Shown here piece by piece: positions 36,905 through 50,587 of a stretch of 64,000 nucleotides of DNA. The stretch's first letter is position 1, and the number at the start of each line of letters is the position of its first letter. The notes under the pieces were generated by a model. It made no database searches, was not told the DNA's origin, and saw nothing but the letters and a program-made list of their open reading frames with translations. The stretch comes from Eledone cirrhosa (Eukaryota), in the NCBI GenBank assembly GCA_964016885.1, contig OZ024744.1, positions 63,302,001-63,366,000 of the forward strand, written 5' to 3'. The translations under genes and the position numbers were made by a program.

Positions 36905-39679
36905 TATATATATATAATATACTTGCGTTATAGATTCAATAAATGCCTTATTTTGTTTGGTTTTATTTTGGAACGAAAAATTATGAACTTATGTTTGCTT
37001 ATATATGTAACTAATTATTACGATTCAGTTTTACATTTTCTTGCCATCAAAAAATTAATTCGTAATATTGTGCATCGATAAAAAGAAATTACGTTTAATT
37101 TTTTAATATTACTACTACTACTACTACTTTGATGAGCAGCTTAGGTTATTTTCAGACATGAAATCTTAAATGTCTATCCATTTCTCTTCCGCTTTCCTAG
37201 TTACCATACATACATACACACATTCTTCCACTTTTACAAACTTGGGAAGACATCACTGTAAAAGCCACTTCCATAACTTATTTAACTCTCAAGAGTAATA
37301 ATTATTGAAAACAATGACCGTGGCTTCTTCAGCTTCCGTCTCTAACTACTTCACTGCCAACATTTTTCTTTGTTGCTATCTCGTTTATTTTTGTTTTATT
37401 TCTTTCTTATTTATCTTTTTTTTTTTTTATACCTCCACCTTGGTTTTCTAGATTCCATCTCCTTAAAATACAGACCGGGCTAACCGTTCCTCTCTGCGCA
37501 CATAAAAGTTCTTCAGTAATTCTCTTGTCCGTTATTACAAAAGCTGCCTTTCTCCCCCTCTAGGGAAACGTGAATTAAATTCCAACAGTTATTAAGCTTA
37601 GTGACTAATATAATAACCCCAATTTATTTTATATGATATATCTAAAAAAAAAAATGCAGCATCAATGTGTGTGTGTGAGAGCTGATATACCATGCCAGTT
37701 TCTTCTTGTCCATGGGAACTTGGCTCAAATCTATGTCTCTTGCACTCAAGATAGTTTACTTCATATTTTATAATTATTAAATGCATATAGATAACTTTTT
37801 TGTTACATTGCTTTTAATAGAAGAAACGAATCTAAATATAGCTTTCAACAGAAGTAACAAAATCTCGATATTCCAGCATTTCCTTTAAAAATTCCTGAGG
37901 AATAAAGCGCATTTAGTTCCTAGATCATTTTTTTTTTACTTTCATTCCGGTTGGTTGCTCTCGTGTACTAATTTATAAATCGCCCCTCTTGTATAATTTA
38001 TTTCTATGATCTCGATCCAACGACTTATTTGAATAAACAATTAATACTTTTAGTATGTAAAATGCTTTATTTTGTTGTTTCAAGATTTCAGTTAAGTGAA
38101 AGTTTCTTCAAACAACATAATTTTTAATGATCTTTGTGAATTATGTTAAAGAATCAATTTATAAGAGTTGAACGTTTTTTTTTAATAGTAGAAAAAGCCG
38201 ACAAAACTTCTAAAACTATGTTCTAAAGTGAATTACTCTACTTGTAGAGCTATTTATTAATTATCACACATTCCTTAGTCAATCAAATCCATAACACAGA
38301 ACATCAAAGGGGATGTTTTTAGAGAGTTAGAAAAACTATTGGCATATGAAATGAAATAGTTTTAATATATTTTAAGACTAAGTTTAATTGACTTGGTGAT
38401 TCATTATTATTATTATAATACAAAGAAATCTCGTTTTTCTTCTCTTACAATTGAAATGAATAGTATTTTTCAAGTTCTTATGATATGGAAGAATTTAAAA
38501 CTGGCAAGCGAGTGTGCTTTTATTTTCTTGATGTGTCTGTGTGTGTACTTGTTCTAAAACAATTAAACGATAACTATTGTTTCGTGTCTGATTTTTGTCA
38601 GCTGTTGTTAGTATTAGAAGTAGAATTGATTTCGTTTATTTTAAATCAATCAACCGAATATTTAATTACTCTCTCTCTCTCTCTCTCTACATATACATAT
38701 AGTGTGTGTGAATGACATTCCTGATGATTTAAAACGAACGAAACATTTCTAGTCATGTAGAAAGCCATTTCTATATATATATATATATCAAATAATTCTC
38801 TGGACATGCTTTACTATATATATATATATATATATATATAAATTAAATTCTGTAGTATTTCCTTAGACATCTCAACTTTTTAGGCTCGTTTAAAAGTGAA
38901 TCACATTACATAGTTTTATATTTTTAATCCAATAGCGACAGGGTTAACTTGTTTATATGGTTTCGAAGTAATTTTTAGTGCGCTGCTCGCTGTAATTGTA
39001 ATGGTTATTACAAAATGCGCAAGCACCTGCAAAACTGTCAGATGGACGGGGAGGAAGAGTTCACATATTTTCTTCGTACTTTTGTTTTACACACACAAAA
39101 CACATATTTGTGTGTATATATTTCCAATTTTAATAATCTGTAATATCATTGAAAACTTTTATTGGATCTAAACAAACAAACAAACAAAACTTCAACAGCA
39201 ACACGCTTTTACTAAAATTACAATGTTTTCTACGTACTATTTATTTTCATAATGAAATAGATTGTGTAACATGATTATTTCAAAGTGAATTTGTCATCTA
39301 TTTGTTTTAAAAAAACTTTGCTTAGAAAACTATGTAATTGTCCTTACATGAAAAAAGTTTGTTTATTTTTATATAATTTTTTTTCGGGGAAGATAACTCG
39401 TTTGAGTGGGTGGGTGGAATTCCTTTTAAATAGTTCTAGTTTTATTTCTGCGGCGTGTTCTTTGGCATCGAAAGTTTTTTTTAAAATGGTTGATTTGTGC
39501 TTCTAAAGGTGGAAAGGTGGTGGGCTTGTGCTTAGCGTTACCTTATTATCACCATCATTATTATTATTAAATAAAGAGATTATTATTATATTTGGACATG
39601 AACGGATTCAATTGACTCACAATTTTGTACCGGAAATGTCTTAGATATTTGATAATGCACACAAAATTTGACATTTATT

Positions 39680-39720
<41 letters not shown>

Positions 39721-40457
39721 CATACATATATATATATACACATATACATACATATATACATACATACAGTTGTATTAAGCATGTTAACTATTCTAAAAAA
39801 GAAATCTTTAGTTGAGAAAACACTTCAGTTTCAAAATTTGATAACTTCCGATTTCTGATTTGATTCATGGCTCAAAAGAAGAAAAAAAAAGAGTTCATTC
39901 TAAAATGAAGAATTAATTTTTTTTTTTTTTTCGACTTTTATCTTTTGGCCATTGTTAAATATATCTTACCCCCACTTTTTAAAACTTTTTTTTTTTTTAC
40001 CCACTAGTATTATGACTCTGATCCGACTTAGATTCGGTAATCAAATGCTTTTAAACTTATCGTGATAGTTTATATTTTTTCTCGTAGTTTTTGTCAGCCG
40101 TATGAGCGAAAAAATGAAGTGATTGAATTTAATGTGTAGCTGCAATTTATATGTAACCTTTATTAGTGATCTATTTTATTCCTGTTGTAGACATTCCTAA
40201 AACTAACTTCTGTTAAAATTAGGGTCTTTATTATTAAAACATCCGTGGAACCGCCTATGAGATGCAACCTTGTAGCTGGCCAGCTAAACCTATATTATTG
40301 TGAGCTATAACAACGATTAAGTCATATTACACAATAAAAATAGTTTTTTAAATATTTTGTTGTTTTACCAGTTGCAATTACATTTACAATTGGAGGTTGT
40401 GTTTACTCTCTGTGGAGTTAGTTAATTTGATTAGAAGTGTTTATTGCATCTAATTAA

Positions 40458-40520
<63 letters not shown>

Positions 40521-40642
40521 TGCCCCCCCCCCCCCCCCCCAATATATACACACTTCAACAGCATAGTAATAAATATTGCCTGTACAGGTAATCAAAGTGT
40601 GTATACATTTTGGGGGGAAACCCTGTATATATATATATAACT

Positions 40643-40980
40643 GGAGGCACATGGCTTAGTGGTTAGAGCATTGGCCTTGCAATCGAAAGGTGAGTTCAAT
40701 TCTCAGACCGGGTGATGTGTTGTTTCCTTGAGAAAGACACTTTATTTCACATTGCTCCAATTTACTCAGCTGTAGAAATGAGATGATAGGGACTGGGGTC
40801 CCTATCATTCCACTGCAAAGTGGTCGTGGAGGTGCCACGGCAAAAAAAGCACCCAGCACTCACTGTAAATGAGGTTGGTGTTAGGAAGGGCATCCAGCTG
40901 TAGAAATCAAGCCAGAATCAGTTCCCGTCCCACCCTTGCAAGCAGGGAAAAAGCGCATGTAAAATGAAATGAAATGAACT
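40643..40980 (+). mobile_element. tRNA-derived SINE family B (CORE-like body) with RTE-derived 3' tail
   Basis: A-box TGGCTTAGTGG, B-box GAGTTCAATTC, body TCCTTGAGAAAGACACTT..CTCAGCTGTAGAAATG. The 3' part is homologous to the RTE 3' UTR; terminus CCCGTCCCACCCTTGCAAGCAGGG as at 48077-48100. Confidence 0.85.
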
Positions 40981-41460
40981 CATTCATATTGTAGGTCGAA
41001 TTTGCTTGCCCACAGTCAAAGATTCGATTTTACTAAGCCTCCACTTATATATATATATATATATATATCTCAGAAAACTTAGCACTTGTTTCTTTCTACT
41101 AGGTTTCCATATAACATGAATAAAATTGCTTTCCTGTTCAAAATAACTTAACTTTGACAAAATAACCGTGAAGATATGTAGACTTTTTTTATTTTCAATT
41201 TATTTCCATACAATACAAATAAGTCTAGTCAATGGTATGTACTATTATGTACTATTATTGAAAGGTAGAGGTCATGCCTGGATGTTCTGTAAGAAACACT
41301 CTTTTGCTTACTGCTTGTTTTAATTTATCAAAATAATATTGTAAAACTTTATTGGTAAATGAATATAATTTACAAAAGAAACAAATTAATAGAGAAAAAT
41401 AATTGCAAAATATTTTTCTACTGTCTCTGAATTTGAATTTTATTCTTTTATCTTTGGCAG

Positions 41461-41570
41461 GGAGACTAAACCTCAAACATTTGCAGACTGCATCGGTAAT
41501 GAACTACCGTATGGCTGGGAGCAATCTTTTGATCCTAATATTGGCATTTATTACATCAATCACGTGACCG
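41461..41570 (+). CDS. KIBRA: KIBRA coding exon 2 (linker + most of WW domain 2)
   Basis: Pyrimidine tract + GCAG|. (R)[36 protein letters not shown] matches KIBRA TKP.TFADCI..ELP.GWE..DP..G.Y.I.H. Phases fit exons 1 and 3; donor G|GTGTGT. Confidence 0.95.
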
Positions 41571-42107
41571 GTGTGTATACTTTACTATTTCTTCAAAGTT
41601 TTTTTTTTTTAAACTCTTTCAATACTGTAGGGACGTGCAGATCCCCAAATAAAGTTTGCATTCTAGTGAATTCTCTTTCCAATATTTACCATAATTTAGC
41701 AATAAGTAATTATTTTTATTATAGCTTTGTCTTTCATCCTTACAGGGCCGATGAAATAAAGCACTGGGGTTGATTTAATCACCCCCCCCCCCCCTGAATT
41801 ACTGGCCTTTTGCCTAATCTAGAAATCATTGTTAATCATATTGAGCATTGTGCATACTACATAAGTTGTCCCAATGTATAATATCTATCTTGTCTGTCTG
41901 TCTACATATGTCTGTATATCTACCTAATACACACCTGCATACCTATCTTATTTTTATTGTCATATGGAACACTACTGATACTAATGGGATAAAGTCCCAT
42001 CTGCATATTTAAAAACAATACACATAAAATTAAAAAATACATATTACTAGTTTAAATGGTGATGATGTTATGAATGTATGTGTGAGGGGTTTATGTTTAC
42101 CATTTGT

Positions 42108-42501
42108 TTAACCCTTTAGCATTTACATTACTATCTCACATAATATTGAATCTATAAGATTTTGGTGTTATTTATTTTGAGAATAATATCTTAACATCAG
42201 TATAAATGGTCAGATATGACCGGTTTCAACAGAAAGAGGAGAGAATTATTGATATTATTTATTCTGGGTTTAAATCCCGCCGAGGTTAACTTTGCCTTTC
42301 ATCCTTTCGGGGTTGATAAAATAAAGTACCAGTAATACACTGGGTAATTGCTGGCCTTGTGCCAAAAGTAGAAACAATTATTTATTTTGAGGACAATACC
42401 TTAACATAAGTATGAGCAGCAGCCAGTTACAGCAGGTTTGAACAGAAAGAGGTGAAAGAAATCTGGCTGGATACGTCTGGTTTAAAATGCTAAAGGATTA
42501 A
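42108..42501. mobile_element. piggyBac-like MITE with nested SINE family A fragment (42255-42380) and partial internal duplication
   Basis: TTAACCCTTTAGCATTTA...AATGCTAAAGGATTAA ends with a SINE body inside; TTATTTATTTTGAG-A-AATA repeats on both sides. Confidence 0.7.
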
Positions 42502-43084
42502 TTTGATAAAAGTTGAAAATTTCAATTAAATAACAATAAAAACAAACAAACAGCATTGAAAGGGTTTAGTATGTTTTAAACATTCTTTATCCAAAATTTT
42601 TAGCTTCCTATCAATTTTATTTTTTGTGACAAATTTGAGAAATGGATGTTATCAAGAATCCATTTCGATTTATTATTTCTTTTAAGAAGAGAATATGTAA
42701 ACATCTGAACCTTTTACAACCACCACCACCACCACCACCTTATAATAATAATAATAAATGATTTTAATTTTGGCACAAGGCCAAGTTTTTGGAAGGGAAA
42801 GTCGATTGTATTGACATTAGTACCAGGGTCATAAGATCTACTTTGTTTAGTGTACTTTTAATAGTGATGTTATTTAGAATGTTTCAATGCTGTTAATTGT
42901 GAAGTTTTCATGTAAAATGTTTATAAAATGAATGTATATTTATGTCACTTGGCAATGATATTGACGAGTAATGTGTATGACTATATGTATATATTTTGGA
43001 ATATATATGCCTGTGTGTGTGTGTATGTGTGTATGTTGATATATATATTGGGTTCTGATCTTAGAAGTCCACAAAGGAGGAAAA

Positions 43085-44345
43085 CTCAATATTTATCATC
43101 ATTGTCACAGTTTTAACATCTATTTTCCATACTTGCATGGGTTAGATAGGTCGTCATGTCATGTGACATGTCAGATCAAGTGACCATGTTTTTTTACATA
43201 CAGAACTGTTTCTGGCTTGGTTTCTTTGACTGCATACTATTATTAATGCTAACCACATTACTGTATGGACTGGATGCTTTTTATCATAGGACCAAAACGA
43301 CCATCTGACAGGGTGAATGGGGTGCTTTTTGTCGCACATCATCAGCATGACTACCTTACAGAATGGACTAAGTACTTTTTAAAATTTATTATAAAGTATA
43401 TATATGTTTATTTAGTCATTGTTTTACATGATAGCTACGCCATTTCAGCAAAGCGACTGTGTTAAACAATCTCTTGCTTTGCTGAAACATCATAACTTAT
43501 GTTGTAAGATAATGAATAAATAATCTTTTCTGTGTATGTATATATATATATACTGTAAATGTGGTTGGTGTTAAGAAGGGCTTCCAGCTGTAAAATTCCC
43601 GGCCAAATTTACACTTCTCATCGGAGCAAGGTATTTTGTAGCCAATTTTGACCAAACTTGTCCCCCAACGTGGACAACCCATCTAACCCATGCAAGCATT
43701 GAAAAATGGGTGCTAAACAGTGATGACGATGATATATATCAAAAACACTCAGAAATCAGTAAAAATAATCAAGCCAAAAATATTAGTCTTTCATCAGAAA
43801 GAAAAGATTGAAATAAGGAATGAGGGAGTGAGATAAGAAAAAAGTAACAGGGAAGAATGGTGGGTAAAATGTAGTGTGGGAAAGAAGAGGAAGTATTGTA
43901 AAGATGGATAAAAACCCTGTTCTCTGGTGTGACATCAGGATAGGGTGTGTGTGTCAGCTTGCTTGTTTGAAGCCCTCTGCTTAATACTTGTGGATAACTG
44001 TTTGGGACATTCAACAGTGCTGGTGTATATGTTTGGTTGAGGTACATTGACTGCATGTGGTGAGGTGTGTTGGTCTCCGTCTGGCATGTGTGTGAATGGG
44101 AGAGGTACCTATCATAGGGTGTATACATATGTTATGAGAATGTGTTGTATAAGTGTACTTGCATGTGTATTTGTGTGTGTGTGATGTAGTTTTCTGGTTT
44201 AGAATATGTACACCATATCCTGTGTCATAAGTAGCAACTAAAAGGGTTGGTGTCAGGAAGAACACCGGACTGCAAAACATTACCTCAAATCCCATCCAAC
44301 CCATGCCAACATGAAAAAGTTGATGTAAAAATGAAGATGATGATA
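43085..44345. mobile_element. Three short RTE/SINE 3'-end fragments (43085-43380 minus; 43550-43735 plus; 44240-44345 plus)
   Basis: Each has the GGTTGGTGTYAGGAAG and AACCCATGCAAGCAT motifs and a GAT tail. Confidence 0.7.
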
Positions 44346-46286
44346 TACACTAGAAATATACATTAGGTTTGTAGTTTTAATACATAAGTGAAATAATATC
44401 TTTAAGAAGAAAGAGAATGATTCTTGGTTTGAAGAATCCTTATGACAAACTTTTTATAGTACTTTAAATTGAAAACGACAGAAGTTTATTAAATCAACAT
44501 TCCCTAATAGAATCTAGTTCAATCCAATTGAGGTGGGGTGTGTGTGCTTATATTCGAGGTCAGTATTTTGCTAGATTTCACCATCTTCAAAATTTTACAT
44601 AAATGGAGTGTTAAAATAGTTTTTCTTTGGAAATGAATATTGCATTGTTTTCACTTTGGCGGTGACTATTACACTGTTTCACATATGGCGTGAAATTCAT
44701 TCTTCCTATTGTTTATGATATATTTTGAATGAATATGGTCTTTAAAAAGGTCAGAAATTGGTAAAAAAAAGCATCATGTAATGGAGTTGTGAAACAAACT
44801 ATACACTAAACAACACTTAAAACATTTTAAATATCGAAATATTAAAACTTCATAAATATAATCTCCACTCATTAGAATTTCAAAACCACACCATCTAAAT
44901 ATAATGTGTTGATTACTTGCCTCAGCTTATAAACGGGGTTTAAATTTTGGCCAATTTCTCAGACATAAAATAGGGGGTTGGGGTTGACTTGTATTCAGAT
45001 CAGCTTATTTCAAGCCTTTTTCCCTGTTAAAACATGTTTAGCATTATGAACTCTATGACAAGTTTCACACTCATTAATGAAGTAGTCTTTTACAGCCAGA
45101 TGTCATTTCTAACAACCAGCTGTTTTAGTTACTTCTTACTATGCAAGGATGTCTATTCTAAACCAGATTCATACAGTACTCATAGTTTACTATTTATATA
45201 GGTGTTCACATTTTTTATACTAAACCACTTGAACTACCTCCAGTTCCAAAATGCAAAATTGTTTTAAAGTGTTTATATATGTCTAAAACAACCTTCTTTA
45301 ATAATTTTCTGTAAGAACCTTTAAGTTATGTTCCAATCATCACCTTAATAAAGAAAGCATTATCATACTAAATCCATCCAAATTTTTGATTATTTAAAAA
45401 ATAAATTGAATATCATAGCTAGTGTCTTTATGGTAAAGACATGGTCAAAGGAAAATACATTTGATTAAAAAAACCAATGTATTCTTTAACCTTTTAGCAT
45501 TTATATTACTCTATTTACTATTATATTTTCACAGTAAACACTTTATCTTACATAATTATCTCACATAATATCGAATATACAAGATTATTATATTTATTTT
45601 GAGAACAATATCTTAACATAAGTATGAGCAATTGGTTACAGCCGGTTTGAACAGAAAGAAGTGAAAGAGTTCTGGCCAGATAGGGTTAATTTATAGGATT
45701 GTGATGTTTACAGAAAAAATATGAAAATCATATGTAAAAAAAATATCGAAACTTAATTTCATATATATATGTATGAAATATTTGTAATTTCATGAAATAT
45801 TCTACAACTGATTTATAATTTTGTTGAATAAAATTTAACCCTTTTAATATCAAAATGTCTGACACAGCCTCTAGTTCTATTATACAAAGCTATTTATTTT
45901 GAATTGTTTACATTTATCTAAACACCTTAATGGTATATTCCAGAAATAACAACTTAATAATTAAAAGCTAGCTATTTTACTAACACCCTCAAAAGTCCAA
46001 CAGATCAATCACTAGGTCATACACTTTCACGTTTGAAACGAGAGCAACCTATGAACCGTGATTCTAAAGGTCCAGCAAATATTTGTATTTAGATAATATC
46101 CTGATATGTTAGAAATCCTAATACAAATTGTAGATAAATTGTGAAAGGAAATGAGTTGATCTTCAGAAGTGAACAAGGCAACAAGGTTTCCATTGTTTTT
46201 TTGTTTTTTACCATAGTTATTGTATGTTGGTCACAACTCTTGGCAGAGTTACTGTTTAGACACACGTATGTATGTATATAAATATA

Positions 46287-48131
46287 TCATCATCATACAG
46301 CCATCTTCCACGCTAGCATGGGTTAAACGGTTTTGTTCCAGTTAATGCGGGAATGGTCGGGAGACCGTGTCTCGCTCATACGGTGCAGCAGTATTCTCAT
46401 AAATTGCTACAAAGGTAATGGAGAGACTGATGAATGTGGAGAATGAGTGGGAGAGAGAGAAATTACCCCCAGTAGATCCGACAGGGACCAGCTATTGAGA
46501 TTGACGAATATAGGGTCCAAGAAGCGATTTAAGGAAATGAAAAATGGTAAGGCCGCTGGACCGTCAGGGATAGTTGCTGAGATGCTGAAGGCATCGGGGG
46601 ACGTAGGCACTAAACTGGTTACACAATCAGGCTATATATGGTGGTGTCATACCCAAAGACTGGTGCAGCAGTATTCTCATAAATTGCTACAAAGGTAAAG
46701 GGGATGCTCTGGAGAGGAGCAATTATAGGGGTATAAAACTGATAGATCAGGTTATGAAAGTGGCAGAAAGGATTTTAGTGCAACTAATTAGAGATGCAGT
46801 TTGGTTTTGTGCCTGGAAAAAGTACAACAGATGTCCTCTTCTTAGTGAGACAACTACAAGAGAGGTTCTTAGAGAAGAATAAGCCACTATACTTAGCTTT
46901 TGTTGACCTAGAGAAGGCCTTTGATAGGGTATCCCGATCTGTCATCTGGTTGTCCCTCAGGAAACTAGGTGTTGAGGAATGGCTTGTGAAGACTGTGCAA
47001 GCTTTGTACAGAGGTGCTGTCAGTAAAGTGAGGGTAGGAACGGAGTTTAGTGAGAAATTCCAGATACAAGTAGGAGTACATCAAGGTTCGGTCCTCAGCC
47101 CGCTCTTGTTCATTATAGTCCTCCAAGCCATAACAGAGGAGTTTAAGACTGGCTGTCCATGGGAACTTCTCTATGCTGACGATCTGGTTCTTATAGCAAA
47201 ATCAGTAGAGGAGCTAGAGAATAAATTCTGGCTATGGAAACAGCAGTTGGAATCAAGAGGACTGAGAGTGAACCTAGCTAAGACAAATGTGTTGATGAGT
47301 AGAAAAGAGGACAAAACTCTGATTCCATCAGGGAAATGGCCATGTTCGATATGCAGAAAAGGAACTGGCATGAATTCTATAAAATGTACACAATGCAGAT
47401 CCTGGGTACACAAGAGATGTAGTGGGATAGCAGGCAAACTAACAGGTAGGGAGAAATATGTATGCAGTAGATGTACAGGGAAATTAGACAGTAGAAGTCG
47501 CATTGATAGACACATTTTCCAAATGCAGGTAACTTCTATAGAAGTGGTTGATAGCTTTCGGTACATAGGTGATCAGATTAGCGTGAGGGGGGGGGGGTTC
47601 CGAGGCCATAGTATCTAGAATGACGGGTTGGAAGAAGTTTAGGGAGCTGCTGACGAAGAAGGGTTTCTCCCTGCATATGAAAGGCCGGTAATATGAGGTA
47701 TGCAATGCTGCATGGTAGTGAGACATGGGCAGCAACTGCAGAGGATATGCGACGACTGGAGAGAAATGGGGCAAGCATGTTCTGTTGGATGTGTAATGTC
47801 AATGTACGTGAATGACCGAGCATGGATGTGATGAGTGAGAAACTGTGTTCAAGAGGGATAAGTTGTAAAGTGCAGGAGAGAAGACTGTGATGGTATGGAC
47901 ATGTGATGCGCATGGAGGATGACCGCTGGGTAAAGAAATGCTAGTTGAAGGAAGATGCAGTAGAGGAAGACCACGAAAAACATGGGCGGAGGTGGTGAGA
48001 ACTGACCTCACATCGCTGAAGCTCAAGGTGGAGATGACAAAGGACCGTGACAAGTGGAGAGATGTGCTAAATAGGACCCGTCCCACCCTTCCAAGCAGGG
48101 AAGAGCGGACGTAAAATGATGACGATGATGA
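46287..48131 (+). mobile_element. RTE LINE (RT + PHD-like finger, degenerate) with a rearranged 5' junction
   Basis: MKNGKAAGPSG, NYRGIKL, MQFGF, FVDLEKAFDRV, GVHQGSVLSPLLF, YADD, WPCSIC...HKRC...CSRC; (GAT)n tail at 48117-48131. 46287-46380 is an inverted RTE 3' end. Confidence 0.92.
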
Positions 48132-48141
48132 TATATATATA

Positions 48142-48987
48142 CAGGGTGCGGACGATATTTGTTTGCAAGATTACTGTCTAGGAAAAAATAACACAGTAGT
48201 TTTATTTTTTAAGATATATTTATCAAACTTGGGTCAGTTTGTTTTCATGACTTGTTCTTTCGATAAACCCGCCATTGGCTTTGATGGCGGCCTCGGAACC
48301 GGCTACAGGCCTTCGTCACTGTCCCCCGACTTAGGCCCTAAAGGCACTTGTGATCCTGGCCTTCAGATCGTCTTTCGTATTGCAGCTACATCTGTTGGTG
48401 TCTCGTTCCACTGCGCCCCACAAAGAAGTCGAGGGGGTTGCAGTCATGCAAGCTGGGAGGCCAGATGTCAGGTGAAGTGTGGTCAACGAAGTTATCTGAC
48501 AGCCAGGCTTGGGTCTTTCGCCCGGTATGGCAGGGTGCTGAGTCTTGCTGCCACACGTATGGCCTACCTGCAGCTACTTGGTCGATCCAGGGCTTTACTA
48601 CTTCGCTCAGAACGCGGATGTAGCCATCGGTGTTCAGCTTGAGGCTCTCAGGGAAGAAGTGAGGTGGCATAACGAAACCTAAGACCAATGTTGTCGCTGG
48701 AAACTTTGTCTGCATGACTCTGGGCATGTCTTTGGATGAGACACCATTCTCCTGCTGACGCTGAGAAAGTCTGAAATTTCCTTATTTATCCTCCCGGCGC
48801 GGAATCCAAGAACTCCGTGTCTCTTCCACAAATTTGGAGGTTCAAAATTATTCATAATCAATTATTCTGAAAATAAATAATGGAAATATAGTCACTGTTT
48901 TTATAAGACAAGAGTGACAACGGAAGTTAAAAAAATTTGCATGAAATTAACAGTTGAAAATTGCGAACAGATATCGTCTGCACCCTG
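48142..48987 (-). mobile_element. Tc1/mariner superfamily, DD37D (maT) type, internally deleted
   Basis: 27-bp TIRs CAGGGTGCRGACGATATYTGTTYGCAA (3 mismatches) with TA on both sides. WQQDSAPCH...WPPSLHDCNPLD has 37 residues between the last two aspartates. Confidence 0.9.
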
Positions 48988-49101
48988 TATATATATATAT
49001 ATATGTGTGTGTGTATGTTTCCATATGTATTTGTGTGTGTATCTTTCCATATGTATGTATATATGTTTCCATATATATATATGTGTTTATACATGTGTGT
49101 G

Positions 49102-49137
<36 letters not shown>

Positions 49138-49139
<2 letters not shown>

Positions 49140-49512
49140 TACATGGCTTAGTGGTTAGAGCATTAGGCTTGCAATCAAAAGGTTATGAGTTTAATTCTTG
49201 GGCCGGGTGATGTATTGTTTCCTTGAGCAAGACATATTGCTCCAGTTTAGTCAGATGTAGAAATGAGATGATAGGGACTGGGGTCCATATCATTCCACTG
49301 CAAAGTGGTCGTGGAGGTGCCATGGCAAAAAAGCACCCAGCACTCACTGTAAATGAGGTTGGTGTTAGGAAGGGCATCCAGCTGTAGAAATCAAGCCAGA
49401 ATCAGTTCTCGTATGAGTAAGACAAGGTCAGCTGACCGGAGACTGCCCACAAGAGGACAACCCGTCTAACCCATGCTAGCGTGGAAGAACGGACGTAAAA
49501 CGATGATGATGA
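49138..49512 (+). mobile_element. SINE family B copy with an alternative RTE-derived tail
   Basis: Colinear with 40648-40925, then ends CCCGTCTAACCCATGCTAGCGTGGAAG..GGACGTAAAACGATGATGAT. Confidence 0.85.
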
Positions 49513-49599
49513 TATATGTGTGTGTGTGTGTGTATCATCATCATCATCATTATCGTCCATTTTCCACGCTAGCATAGGTTAGACGGCACATATATGTAT

Positions 49600-50570
49600 A
49601 TATATATCCAGAAGACACGTGGGGCTATGTCTGTCTCTCATCCTGCTTACAGTCCAGTCTTGATGCCCTTATTGGATGGATTTGTGGCAAGGGGGCATTG
49701 TCCTGGTGCAGGTTCCATTGACCAGACTTGAGTCCTGGTCTTTTGCAATGAAATTTTTCTGAACTGCCTCAAAACCTCTGAGTCTGGCCATGGGGGACCC
49801 AGTGGATGTAGATGATGCCCTTGCTGTTAAAGAATCGAATCATCATGAGCTTCCCAGTAGACCTGCTTTGCCCGACCTTCTTGGGTCTTGGGGGAGTCGG
49901 AATGTTTCCATTGGGCACTCTGTCTCTTGGTCTCTGGAGCATAACAGTAGATCCTGCTCTTGTCACAAGTTACCAGAGACTGAAGCGCACTTTGATTTAA
50001 AGCAATTCACTCAACCATCTCCCTGCTGTCATCAACGTCTTTGATCTCCATTGAACAGTCTGGGAATAAACTTTGCTCATGTTCAGATTGTCATGAATGA
50101 CTGCACAGTGCCCTCAGCCACTTCAAATTGTTTATCAATCGTCAGAAGAGGTGCACAACAGTCCTCGTTCAGAGATTTGTGAATTTTGTTAACCAACTTA
50201 GGTGTCCTGATGTCCCTTTCCCTGCCATACCTCTCATCATCCCTCACTTCCTTCCTGCCCTCCTGGAACCTTTTGCCAGCAGAAAACAGTTGCCCATCTC
50301 ATGAAAGTTAGTCTGTAAGCAGTTTTGAACATTCCTTAGGTTTCTGCAGCATTTTTGCTGAGCTTGACATACAACTTTATTGCATATTGTGCCTCCTAAT
50401 TGTTCTCATGTCTCAGCTGCATTGTGGAACCAGTCAACTGTGACAAGACATACGACGGGTAGTGTTTGAAGTGCTGTAGCGCCCTGAGCCTTCAACCTAT
50501 CAAGGATAATGTATTAGAATGACAGTTACGTAGGTCAATTAAAAGTGCCTGAAAAGAAAGTCTCAAAACT
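49600..50570 (-). mobile_element. Degenerate mariner (DD34D-type) transposase relic
   Basis: Minus fragments IYCYAPETKRQSAQWKH, KLMMIRFFNSKGIIYIHWVPHGQT, WNLHQDNAP. TIRs were not resolved. Confidence 0.75.
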
Positions 50571-50587
50571 TCTATATATATTATATA

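Noticed and set aside
40648-40710. tRNA gene candidates at A/B-box sequences (also 2893, 49140, 57510, 57730)
   Set aside because: No complete cloverleaf; each runs into a SINE body.
40783-40808. TCCCTATCA resemblance to the tet operator
   Set aside because: Arm order and spacing differ from tetO, and it is part of a multi-copy host SINE, so it is not vector contamination.
41564-41773. ORF extension past the exon 2 donor, and 59837-60127 around exon 3
   Set aside because: Similarity to KIBRA stops at the GT donors; the flanks are intronic.
44530-45010. Possible pogo/Tigger-like relic (GCTTATATTCGAG and GACTTGTATTCAG motifs)
   Set aside because: No TIR pair or transposase motif could be established.
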